A stretch of 64,000 bases of DNA from Lytechinus pictus (lineage: Eukaryota): positions 3,784,001 to 3,848,000 of the forward strand of contig NC_087251.1 of the NCBI RefSeq assembly GCF_037042905.1, in the 5' to 3' direction. Positions 25,042 through 36,009 of the stretch are shown piece by piece (position 1 is the stretch's first letter; each line of letters opens with the position of its first letter). The notes beneath the pieces were generated by a model that was given only the letters and a program-made list of their open reading frames with translations, made no database searches and was not told the DNA's origin. The position numbers and the translations under genes were made by a program.

Positions 25042-27663
25042 TTAATGCTTATCAGTAGCTTCCAATCATAAATCCTAGCTCTACTTTTCCAAACAGTTTA
25101 TTTTTCATATTAAAGAAACAATGAGCATTGCAAAAACTTGTTAACCTTTAAATCTCTGGTACACCACTCGATCAAATCAAGTGACCTGTACCAATCTATG
25201 CTACATTGTAAGGCTTGGGTGAAATCTATTGAAGAGTATTTCTTCAATATACATTTATTACATTATGACAAAGTTAATATAAATGATTTATTATATACCT
25301 TTAAATCAATTGTCATCACACATAAACAGCTTTAACCTAATTCATGAACGTAACTGCATCATCTTTCTGTTTCAATAATAATAATAATAATAATAATATT
25401 ACAGTAATAATTAATCTAATACATTTAATAATAATTACATGTTTCTATATGCTACATAGCCTACTATTACTGTACCCAAGGCGGCCAAGCCTAGTTCTGG
25501 TATTCTAAATTGTCTTTCCAATTGCACATGATCTTACTGACGTTTGAAACGAAAATTCATAAATAAACATAATGTACATGAACAGAAACTCTTTAAAACA
25601 AAACTACAAAAATCTCATATTGGTTTATGAACATAAAAACCTTAACCCTTGCACTAAAAAATCTTAAGCATACATGAACATTATACCATTAATTCAAAAA
25701 AATCTTCTTTACAGAACATAAATAAAAGATTCGAAGAGCAAAATATTGAAAGATTTCTCAATTCTGATTAATAAGTTTTTATAATACTCATTCATGCAAG
25801 GTTTTACAATAATGACCAACTGGAGATAAATAATTACTATTCTAAACAGGCATAAGACCAAGGAAGGGGGCACTCCACTATGTCACTACGCACATGCAAC
25901 CGCAAGCTTTTAAAAGACATCCCTATAAGTTAAAGCTTTATGTCAAATAAGACATTTTTCATGTATTTCAATGTTTTCTGTGATTCACATTTTATTTCCT
26001 AAAAAGTGCAAACTCTACAAATCATGCCCCTTATCAAGAAATTATAGATAGCACAAAAAATCCAGTAATATATAAGCAAAAAGATAATGGAAGTGAAAGT
26101 ATTTAAGAAAGTTCAGAAACATCTTTCTTTGGATTTTGCGATTTTTCTGAAAAATCCCTTCACTTATTCCCATTTTTGGCATTTAAGACACCATAACAAA
26201 GCATGCATGTCTGAACCAGAGCGAGCTACCCTTTTGACTTTCACTCTTTTGGTTGTACATGCATAGGATATATTTGTGTGCCACCATCCCGGCCTGGTAT
26301 AAAACAACGATACCAGCTATTTTATGCGATACATCCCTAAAGAGAAAATACAGGCTTATTCAAGTGAAAATAATGTCCCCTCCCACTTTCTAATTATGCC
26401 AATTACGACTTGTTCCACAGCTAATCAGCATTAATGTAATTGAGTCAATTAGAATTCATAGCTACATGTAACATTGTAAGGCTAAAAATTGGCTTCTGAA
26501 ATCATTACATTAATTTCATAAAACTAACTTTACAATAGCTACATGTATATCACCTGTAGGTTATGTAATGTAGATACATGTATAAGAATTTTTTGGGGTT
26601 TCCAAATCTCTTTCATGATTATGTGTTCCCATGCACGGTCAATGTTGGTCAGTTTAAGTTAATTGACCATCTTGACTGTTCTGTACCATAATTCTTGTCC
26701 AAGTTACTATAACTACATTACTACTGTCCAAAATGGTCAAGATACACGTAGGTGACCCAATCAGCATGACCAACAATTGTCCACTGCTCTTGAGAGATAT
26801 TTCATCTAACAGTGTAAAAAGGATTTGACAACGAACAGCAATGTATTTTCAGTCACACAATCATGACCAACCAGCAGCCCAAATATCATAATTTTGATAA
26901 TAGAGGTAAAAAAGGATAGGTAGAGTGAGACTTAAATGGTTTGAAGAATGAAAAAACTTCTAAATTTGCCCTTAGATTCAGGCACCAATAATAAGTACCG
27001 GTAACAAGAATCATCTAAGAAATGAATGGTCCAAGCAAACCTTTGAACTGTTTCTATTATATGCACATCTTGTACATGAGCAGAAATACGAATAAAATGG
27101 ATGCCTCATGAGTCAAGAGAAGAAAAACAATATTGTTGTCAAACTCATTACTGTATTATTTCTTTGATATTCTGTATGGATATGACAAGAAAATACACAA
27201 CACCTGCACTCCCCTCCCCGTGTCATAGTGATTCAGTTCGCTTTTCACCTCCCAGGCACAGATGATGCCAAACAAATAAGAAAAATAATAATTTTAAAAA
27301 TTAAATCAAAGATGTCTGAAGAAATTGAAAAGTTATCCAATTCTCATAGAACATTGGATTCGTATCCTCCGAGTCTGGACCCACATTCAGACTGCAAACC
27401 GATCTCATTTGTACCGTCGTTGCCGATAATACCCATGATAAAATTTACATAGAGGTACGCATATTTGTACATGTACAAGTGAAACAAAGTAATTAATAAA
27501 TTATTTCTCATTAACCAATGATATTTTTTTTACATTACACAATAATCTTTCAATGCAACTGTAAACAACTTTATTATATACAGTTCCACATTTGTTCTAC
27601 CATGAATCATTATGAAAAATCAAACACTAAAGGGTACCTCCTACATGTACCTACAGGAGAATT

Positions 27664-29108
27664 TCATCTTTTCTGATGCAGGCCTCTTGTGATATGAGAC
27701 ATAAATTCATAGCGATCAGCGCAGTGGAATGCACATATATTGCACCTAAAGGGCTCCTGCCAGTCATGACATCCCATATGAATGGCATACATAATACTAT
27801 CGGCAAAGATTGTATGACAATGCTCGCATCGCATCACTTCATCTTGAGTTGAACTGTCCATCATCTTATTGCTACGGCTGCGGGATATAGAGCTGTTTGA
27901 GGACAGCTGAGGGGAATGAGCATCTAAACTTTCACGAGAATCTCTGCTGATTGTTGGCGACACTACATTATGAGGCATCCGTGAAGATGAAGAGTTAGAC
28001 AGAGGTGACTGATTTCTAACTGGATATTGAGGGTAGCGAAGGACATTCCTGCCTTCGTTCAGAGAAACAGCTTTCATAATGTAAGGGCCATTGCTGGTAC
28101 TTGAAGCTGTACTTTGTACCTGTCCCCCTTGGAGTAATCTTGAAAGCATGGATGCAGATGTAAGAGCACCCTGGCTAGATGGATGGCAGGTAGTTTGATT
28201 CCCATGACTACTGGATGTTGAACTATTAGCTGATAGTTTGGATTCAGGTCTTTGACAAGGTCTCTGTGAACTATTACTACTTTCACTGGGAAAACGATTC
28301 CTTGATGAAGATGTCGGTGATGGATTACCTTTAGAAAGTGCTTGCTCTAAGATACTCATTCTTGCCAGTCTTGATTGACCATTAGAATGACTTGCATCGC
28401 CGGGTGAGGCACGATCACCTACAGAATCAGGAGACTCCAAGGATCTTTGTGGGTGTGTCTGAATATGATCTACATACTCCTCTATAGAATGGCACCAGCG
28501 ATGACACACATCACAAACATAAGGGTAATTTCCTGGGTCTGAACCCGAATCTGGGTGCCTACGCTTCAGATGTTGTACAAGCTCATGAGCAGATTTGAAT
28601 TTTATATGGCACAAATCACAAGGGAAATTATCCCACTGATGAGATCGCATATGAAGGGTCATTCTCCTCTGACTCTGAAACATGTTACTGCATAGGGGAC
28701 ATTTGAAAGTGAACTGCTTAGAGCTATCTCGTGTATGACGAGTTTTAATATGAGTTTTCAACTGATCCTTTCTTGTTGCATTGTATTCACAGAATGGACA
28801 CTGAAATGGGCGACTCCCACTATGAAGGTTCATGTGCCTTCTTAAACTAGTTTTCTTTGTAAATGATGCTTTGCACCAGCGACAATCAAATTTTTTCTTA
28901 ATACCTCCCATACCAATAGGCTGCATTGTTACAGCTCCTCCAGGACGTAGAGCATTGTAGAGCAATGATGAGCTGGGTCCGGCATCTGGATCCTGATCTG
29001 TCATTGAACCCAAAGTACTTAAATCTTCCGGTTCAGCATCAAATGCAGCTTGCATATCATCACTTTCTTCTCCCATAAAGCTACCACCTTGTTCTATGAT
29101 TGCAGTTT
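27664..29108 (-). CDS. Ikaros/Hunchback-family C2H2 zinc-finger transcription factor, main coding exon
   Basis: Five N-terminal C2H2 fingers plus a C-terminal pair CEHCHTIFADSIMYAIHMGCH...CNICAFHCADRYEFMSHITRGLH matching the Ikaros dimerisation domain; TTTTACAG acceptor at 29109, phase 1. Confidence 0.93.
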
Positions 29109-29655
29109 CTGTAAAATAACATGTTAATCTAAAATTCAAATCACTAGATGACATGAGCTAAATACTTTTAGTACCAGAGAAAGCAATTTTCATTTAGAAG
29201 ATGACATCTTCAACCTGTGACCGTGTGATCTAAAAACCTAATCAAATCATTTTCGCTATAGTATGCATAAAATGCAACAGGTTTGAAGCTGGATTACCAA
29301 ATGAATTTAAGGTAACAAAAAATATTGCTTTTTCAAGTCAATGACTTTTATGACACGAAAATCTAATCAAATGATCATAATTCAAACATACTTGTAAAAA
29401 TAAATATGAAGTTTTATCAGTCAAATTTGTATATCAAAAGTACAAAACCATGGTGAAGGATATGAAATTTAGTAAAGCCATTCATTCTAACATAATTTAT
29501 CCCAAACTCCATCACCCATCACCCGATTTCCAGCCAAAGCGAATAGTAATAATTACCATGATTCATACCACAGTAGGCCTATTACCATTATATTTGCTTT
29601 TATTCAATTACAAATCTGGAAAGCATTTCATAAAACTTTAGTCATAGGTATTTAA

Positions 29656-30266
29656 AGGTCAAGTCCACCCCAGAAAATTTTTGATTTGAATAAATGGAGA
29701 AAAATCAAATTAGCATAATGCTGAAAATTTCATCAAAATCGGGTGTAAAATAAGAAATTAAATTTTTTAAGTTTCGCTTATTTTTCACAAAACAGTTATA
29801 AGCACAACTCAGTGACATGCAAATGAGACAGTCAATGATGTCCCTCACTCACTATTTCTGTTCTTTTTTTAATGTTTGAATGATACAATACTTCATTTTT
29901 TTTTTACAGATTTCGCAATAAGGACCAACTTGACTGAACCATATACATGTAGTATTAAACAATACTAATTCTACAAGTTTAGGGAGGAATTAATTGTTGT
30001 TTCACTTGACAATAAGGAGAAAATTAGAATATTTCATATTTCATAACATTAAATACAAAAGAAATAGTGAGCGAGTGATGTCATCAATCTCCTCATTTGC
30101 ATACCGATCAGAATGTGAATATAACTGTTTTGTGACATCAAGCGAAACTTGAAAGTTTAATAAATTTCTAATTTTACATCCGATTTTAATGAAATTTTCT
30201 GTTTTATGATTGTTGGATTTTTCTCTTTTTATTCAAATCAAGTTTTTGTTGGGGTGGACTTGTCCT
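29656..30266. mobile_element. Kolobok-like non-autonomous element in the Ikaros-like intron
   Basis: TTAA-AGGTCAAGTCCACCCC ... GGGGTGGACTTGTCCT-TTAA. Confidence 0.85.
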
Positions 30267-30395
30267 TTAATGAATCAGTTATAAGGTACCAAAATCATCA
30301 GCCCTTCTATTGGCTTTTATAGAGAAATCTACCATTACAGATCCCTGAAAAAACAGCTACAAGAAATGTTCCCTCAGTGTTGAAACAACTCTTAC

Positions 30396-30606
30396 CATCA
30401 TCAGGTCCATCTTTTTCTTCAGTAACCATGATATATCCTTCATTTGGTATGTGTTTGTTATCATTCTCTTCTTTGGTATCTGCTGTTGCTTGGATATGTA
30501 CAATATCTCTGTCTTCTTCTGGTTCCACATCATCTTCAATGAATTCTGACTTTACTTGAAACACGTCCATCAAACCTTTCAGATCTGAATCATTATATTC
30601 TGCCAT
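30396..30606 (-). CDS. Ikaros-like gene, first coding exon (acidic N-terminus); spliced protein 551 aa
   Basis: MAEYNDSD...DGPDD plus G, then a GTAAGA donor whose phase 1 matches the next exon; acceptor at 30631 with in-frame stops before the ATG. Confidence 0.85.
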
Positions 30607-30816
30607 TTTCTATTACCTCTGGTTGTATACCTGCAAATGAAGTTATGTGGTTGAAATACATATCATTTAATGGGAATCTATAATAAAGGAAGAGAACAGT
30701 AACTCATAATGGCAGACATGCCACATGCTCAATTAAATCACACATAGAATAAAATTATCTAAGCCTGAATTTTTTTTCTTAGCAATCCAGTTCATGATCA
30801 CCTAAGCTGATATTAA

Positions 30817-32223
30817 AGGAGAAATATATTGATTATGAATATGGCCTTATTATATATCAGTGGAAAGGTAATGATGTGAGGATTACCATTAGGTCATTCA
30901 AAAATAACGAAAATAATACATAAGGTGGAAATCGCCAATTAAAAAGCGCTAAAATGCCTCTCCGAAATATGCCTCGCATCGGTCTCTGAATTGACTCGAA
31001 TTTGATGACGTCACTGTCTGTACGAGAGGCGTGATTGGCTCTCCCACGTCAAGCTCCACTTGCATGCAAAACCTGTTGCAAGGGTACGTTTTCTCCACAC
31101 TGACACTGAATACTTCGATCATGAAATGAAAGAAAACCCAGCCGCATGCGATTGCAAACAAACAGTCAAAAGCACATGGCCAGCTTGCTCCACTGAACGG
31201 AAAATACGTATTTTCAGTTCAGTGGCTTGCTCGCCCATAGAGTTGGATAAAGCGTATAGCTTTATCCAACTCTATGTGCTCGCCTTGCTGATTGTTAACA
31301 ATCGAATGCGAGCTAGGCGGATGATCTTTTATATCTAATTTTAATTTCCCTCATTTTCTTTGTTTCAAAAAGGTTTTATCGTAATTCAAAAAATAGTACC
31401 AGGTGTTAATTTTTATGTAGAATACTAATTCTCCGAGTTTTGTAATTTAGTCAAAATAATGAGATAGAAATTTTATCTAACAGAACGAGTGACAATCTCC
31501 CAGCCACGTGAAATTCATCGTCGGTGCATATCGTCTGCTGTTATTCCTTGAGTTGATTTACCTTCAGCCTAGGTTTGGATATATTCACTTGTTTGTAAGT
31601 ACAGTTATATCATTATTTTCATTCTCATTATGTTGTTGATAGAAGAAAGAGACTCTGTCTGGATGTGGTCGTGATGGAATTCATTTTCATGGATTTGACC
31701 CGCGGAGCAGCTATCAGCTGCATGTGTTGGTAGCGAATCGGCATGCAAGTTGAATTGTCCGACTCATAATCACCGGCGTAATTCCCCTAATGTATACCTC
31801 TACCCACGTCACTTTGTTTTTCTAGAGCTAGAAACTTCATCATCATTCTCTTCATCTTCATAATCATCAATTTGAAAATCCAAATCTAGATAAAATTCTG
31901 GGTTTTCTTTCATTTCGGGATCGAAGTATTCAGTGACAATGTGGAGAAAACGTACCCTCGCAACAGGTTTTGCATGCAAGTGGAGCTTCACGTTGGAGAG
32001 CCAATCACGCCTCTCGTACAGAAAGTGACGTCATAAAAAATCCCCAATTTCGCGGACGTAATTCTGCGTGTTTGAAGCATTCAGAGAGAGAACTTTAAAC
32101 TATCAATTAACTGAGTTCCATCGGTCTCCATGATAAATGATTTACACCATCGTGTTCTCCTTATTTTCTCCTTTAATTTGATATATGATTCTCCATTTTT
32201 ACGATTTTCAATATATTTCTACT
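30817..32223. mobile_element. TTAA-flanked Kolobok-like element with long internal inverted repeats
   Basis: AGGAGAAATATATTGA / TCAATATATTTCTACT termini with TTAA; ~31003-31140 is inverted at ~31899-32035. Confidence 0.7.
31236..31276. mobile_element. 41-bp mini-transposon (18-bp TIRs, 5-bp spacer)
   Basis: CATAGAGTTGGATAAAGC-GTATA-GCTTTATCCAACTCTATG, flanked by TGCTCGCC on both sides. Confidence 0.8.
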
Positions 32224-32369
32224 TTAAGCAAAAGGAAAAATCAAAGAGGCAAAAACAGTGAAAATTGCATCACAATCAGAACTGAAAATATTAACAAAAA
32301 AAGAAAGATAATACATTTCCATGATTTGGATGATACATTCAGACATTATATCTGCACATTGTGGAGCAT

Positions 32370-32492
32370 TGTGACCCAGTGGATTAGTCTTTAACAGAGG
32401 ATCATAAGTTCAAATCCAAGCCATGGCATAGTATCCTTCAGCAAGAAATTTATCCACATTGTGTGGCACTTGACCCAGATGAGGTAAATGTA
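32370..32492 (+). mobile_element. Truncated tRNA-derived SINE (CORE-like)
   Basis: A box TGACCCAGTGG, B box GTTCAAATCC, then TCCTTCAGCAAG...GACCCAG..GTAAATG. Confidence 0.6.
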
Positions 32493-33361
32493 GTCGAAGG
32501 CTGCCACGGTAAGTGGGAATGCTGCTTGCATAATGCGTATGACGTCACACACAAAAAAATTTTAATAAATTTTTCATCCTTTGACTTAACCTTGAACCTT
32601 GAAGAGCATACACGCTGCCGATGGAGAGGGTTAATGGATTTTCCTCAAACCGTCACCACTAATAGTTTTATCATTTTTTTCTGCTAAGTATGTTTACAAG
32701 AAAACTTTTTGTCAGGGTGAACTTCCCCCTTTAACAAGTGCCAGACGCGACGTGACGTCATATCAGGAGCTAGAATAGACCGATAAGTAGGTCTATTTCT
32801 TCAGGGATATGCTCTGCTGAGACTTCGTCTGGCTCCATGGCATCCCCCCCGTCAATAGACCGATGATGGCCATTGGGCTCGTAGAAAATGTGATATTTTC
32901 TTGAAAGAAGAAAAATAACTTTTTTCTCCAGACACCCTAGTCAAAATTTCCTAAATAGTGAAAAATAAGGCTTAAAATAAAATCATGTATGCATATTGGT
33001 CCATCACTATATGCTATACTGTGTGGGCTAGTGGCTAAAAATAGGCATTTTAAAGTCTTTATGCTGACCTAGGACTGTACTTTGAGCCTCTAAAAGTGAG
33101 CCGTGAAAACATGTCACATCAACAGTGAATAGATAATAAACTTGGCGCTTGAATGCCATGAAATGTGGAGATGATGCTAAGTTTAACTACCATATATTAT
33201 TCACTCAAAATAAAGAAAGAAAATTTGAGGCTAACTCACCTATTGACTTTTTGGACACATGTCTAAGTCTACAGCACAAATCTCGTGCCATTGCCTAGCC
33301 TACCTTCTCCATATTATTATTTTCAATTTTTTATTTTGGGTGGCTGTTGCATGATCGCAAA

Positions 33362-33783
33362 CAGTAGAGGCGCAAGGCCAATATGGGAGACTCTCTTCAA
33401 TATGGGAGACAATCTCCCATATTGGAGACTTGCTTTCCAAAAGAACAAAAGAAACACCACCAACAAATCATAATTTTTTCCAACCAAAATTTTGTCTCAC
33501 TGAGGTTAGAAGCCAATTTCTTTTGTGTGTGGATGAGTCATCAGATGACAACAAAAATCCCTATCAAAACAAAAGATGGTGAATTTTTAAAGTAGATGGT
33601 AAAAAGGGGTAATTTTTCATGAGGAGTCTGCTTATTACATTTTTATTTGCCGCCAAGGTAATCCTTTTGCAGCAAATGTAAACAAAGGAAATTGGTCTCC
33701 CAAAAACAAGTTTCTGATAACGGAGATAATTTCTCTCATGGGAGACAGCTACAGACTCCCATATTGGCCGTGCGCCTCTACTG
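33362..33783. mobile_element. MITE with 5-bp TSD (hAT5-like)
   Basis: TIR CAGTAGAGGCGCA.GGCCAATATGGGAG; GCAAA on both sides. Confidence 0.85.
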
Positions 33784-33825
33784 GCAAAAGAAAGCTGCCG
33801 GATTTTTTTTACTAACGGTAACTAT

Positions 33826-34835
33826 CGTGAGGAGGCCGGAGGAGGGCTCTGTCACTAAAGCACTTAGTGATCTTGGTTGGGAATCTCTCCGAACAAGAAG
33901 TAGAAACCTTAGACTTTGCACGCTATACAAAATGAACACCACTCTCGTCAATATCAAGATAAACGAGTTTGTCCGACGGAACACAAGACATACAAGGGGG
34001 AATAACAAAAAATTCCTCCAGGTTCATCACAAGGCCAGGGACTAGCCTGGAGGCGTCTGGGGAGTAAAAGTCATATACTCTACGTATGGTTACTCCCCGA
34101 ACGCCTGGCGTTGCTATCGTAAGGCTCCCACACACTGAGGGAAAAGGCAACTATAAAAATGCGCCAAACTGCTAATTATGTTTAGAATCTGAGGTTAACA
34201 CTTCTGTACATGGGACGCGTATAGAGGGCGGCAAAATCATGAACGGTGCTAGATTAAAAAGTGCAAAAAATGTCCCGCTTCAACTTCAACTCGCCTCAAC
34301 TGCTTCAACTCGCAAGTTGAAGCGGGACATTTTAGCACTTTTTAATCTAGCACCGCTCATGATTTTGCCGCCCTCTATACGCGTCACGTAACTAGGTTGC
34401 ATTAACAAAGGATCAAAGATGGCGATGTCAACAAGTGTAAGTAAACTCTCTTCTACTTTTATTACTTCATGTCATTTATTTCGTCATTTTGTAACAATAA
34501 CTATCCATTTTTTGCCAAACGTTGCCAACCAATATTTTTACCCATGTACAGAAGTGTTAACCTCAGATTCTAAACATAACTAGCAGTTTGGCGCATTTTT
34601 ATAGTTGCCTTTTCCCTCAGTGTGTGGGAGCCTTACGGTAGCAACGCCAGGCGTTCGGGGAGTAACCATACGTAGAGTATATGACTTTTACTCCCCAGAC
34701 GCCTCCAGGCTACCAGGGACAGGGTCTTTCAAGATTCCTTTGTAAGCACGATAAAGAACTGGAATAACTTCCCCTCCTCGATTGTAAATTGCCCTTCCCT
34801 GGAGTCATTTAAATTAAAACTGAAAGTAACTTCAA
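33826..34835 (+). mobile_element. 3' fragment of a CR1/L2-group LINE ORF2, split by a MITE
   Basis: SVTKALSDLGWESLRTRS..RLCTLYKM...HHKARD joins in frame across the MITE to RVFQDSFVSTIKNWNNFPSSIVNCPSLESFK. Confidence 0.75.
34043..34712. mobile_element. hAT-like MITE with ~170-bp TIRs and an inner 172-bp palindrome
   Basis: TAGCCTGGAGGCGTCTGGGGAG... arms; 8-bp TSD CCAGGGAC at 34035-34042 and 34713-34720. Confidence 0.9.
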
Positions 34836-34872
34836 TAAAGGTCATTCCATACACGTTGCTCTGTGGCGTTGT

Positions 34873-35050
34873 GACTGGGCGTTGTGGCGCGTGCGTGCCT
34901 GTAATCCAAGCTCTGGGGAAGTTACAAATTGATGCAGAGGTTCGAGCCCTGGTCACGTCTTTCGGATGGTGACGTTAAAGGTCGGTCCCAGACGTAAATA
35001 ATCATATCTGATTGATACACGTCTGACAAAACTCAAATTCACACACACAC
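34873..35050 (+). mobile_element. Candidate 7SL-RNA-headed SINE with Deu/Nin-like core and (CA)n tail
   Basis: GACTGGGCGTTGTGGCGCGTGCGTGCCTGTAATCCAAGCT resembles the 7SL/Alu 5' end; followed by GGTTCGAGCC, CGTCTTTCGGATGGTGACGTTAAA and ACACACACAC. Confidence 0.6.
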
Positions 35051-36009
35051 TCGCTACTCGAGTCTAGCGTAGCCAGGCGGCTTCTAGAGAGTAAAAATCA
35101 TTTACTAACGTAAGGTCACTCTCATGAAGCCAGGGCTTCCGTCATATACTTTTGTGTGTACCACCAAAAAACCTGAAACTTTCGCCCCCGAGATTTCTAC
35201 TTTCTTTCTAAAAGATCTAGCCCTAAATCATGTACATGGGTTAAAAATTCATTTCCGACATTTCCGATGTGTCTCTCAATCTCATTTCTCAACTGACATT
35301 TTGCTGACCCAACTATTCAGATTCAGAAAGGTTCTCTTCTTCCCGATTAAATGATTTGGTATAGATCTAGATCACTTAAACATGCTTTTAAGATTATTTT
35401 GAGTGAGATATATCATATGTGCTTGCAGCCTTGGCTTTGCCTTTAGTTAACTTTAAGGAAGATGGAAAAGAGAATTTTTTGGGGGAAAAAACGACACACA
35501 TTAAACAATATGTGGGACTAAGCCTGGTGAAAGCGCACTAAAAAAGACAATTAGAGTTGATACGAATAAGAATAGATTACTACATAGTTATCGTTGATCG
35601 AAACCATATCAAATTGAGATGTCATACCTGAGAAATTTTTTGGGTAATCCTGGGTTTTAGGGGCGTAAAATATCTGTATACATTACCGGCCTCTAACTTC
35701 AGCAAATCATCCCAGCATAGTATGGACGGCTAAAAGGGCAAATATTCAAATATGATTGAGCTGTTTTCATCATTGTTGTCTCGCATGTTATAGCTGGATC
35801 TTTTCTTGAAACTTTGGCATTAGGGCAATCAAGTTTAACTGACCGAGTTGAAGGTCACATGATCAAGGTCAAAGGTCATTTAGGGTGAAATTTTTAACAA
35901 AATAATTGTATTTTTCCCAAGAAATTTGAATGTAAGGGTAATTGAGCTTTACTTTTAATATCAACTTATTGCTGGTCACCTGAACAAGGTCAAAGGTCAT
36001 CTTAATTCG

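Noticed and set aside
29109..29154. MSSSDLNF... as the start of the zinc-finger protein (ORF track)
   Set aside because: It is intron sequence before a good acceptor; the phase-compatible upstream exon supplies the N-terminus.
35651..35665. Telomeric repeat (GGGTTTTAGGGG)
   Set aside because: One copy per 120-bp unit, not a tandem TTAGGG array.
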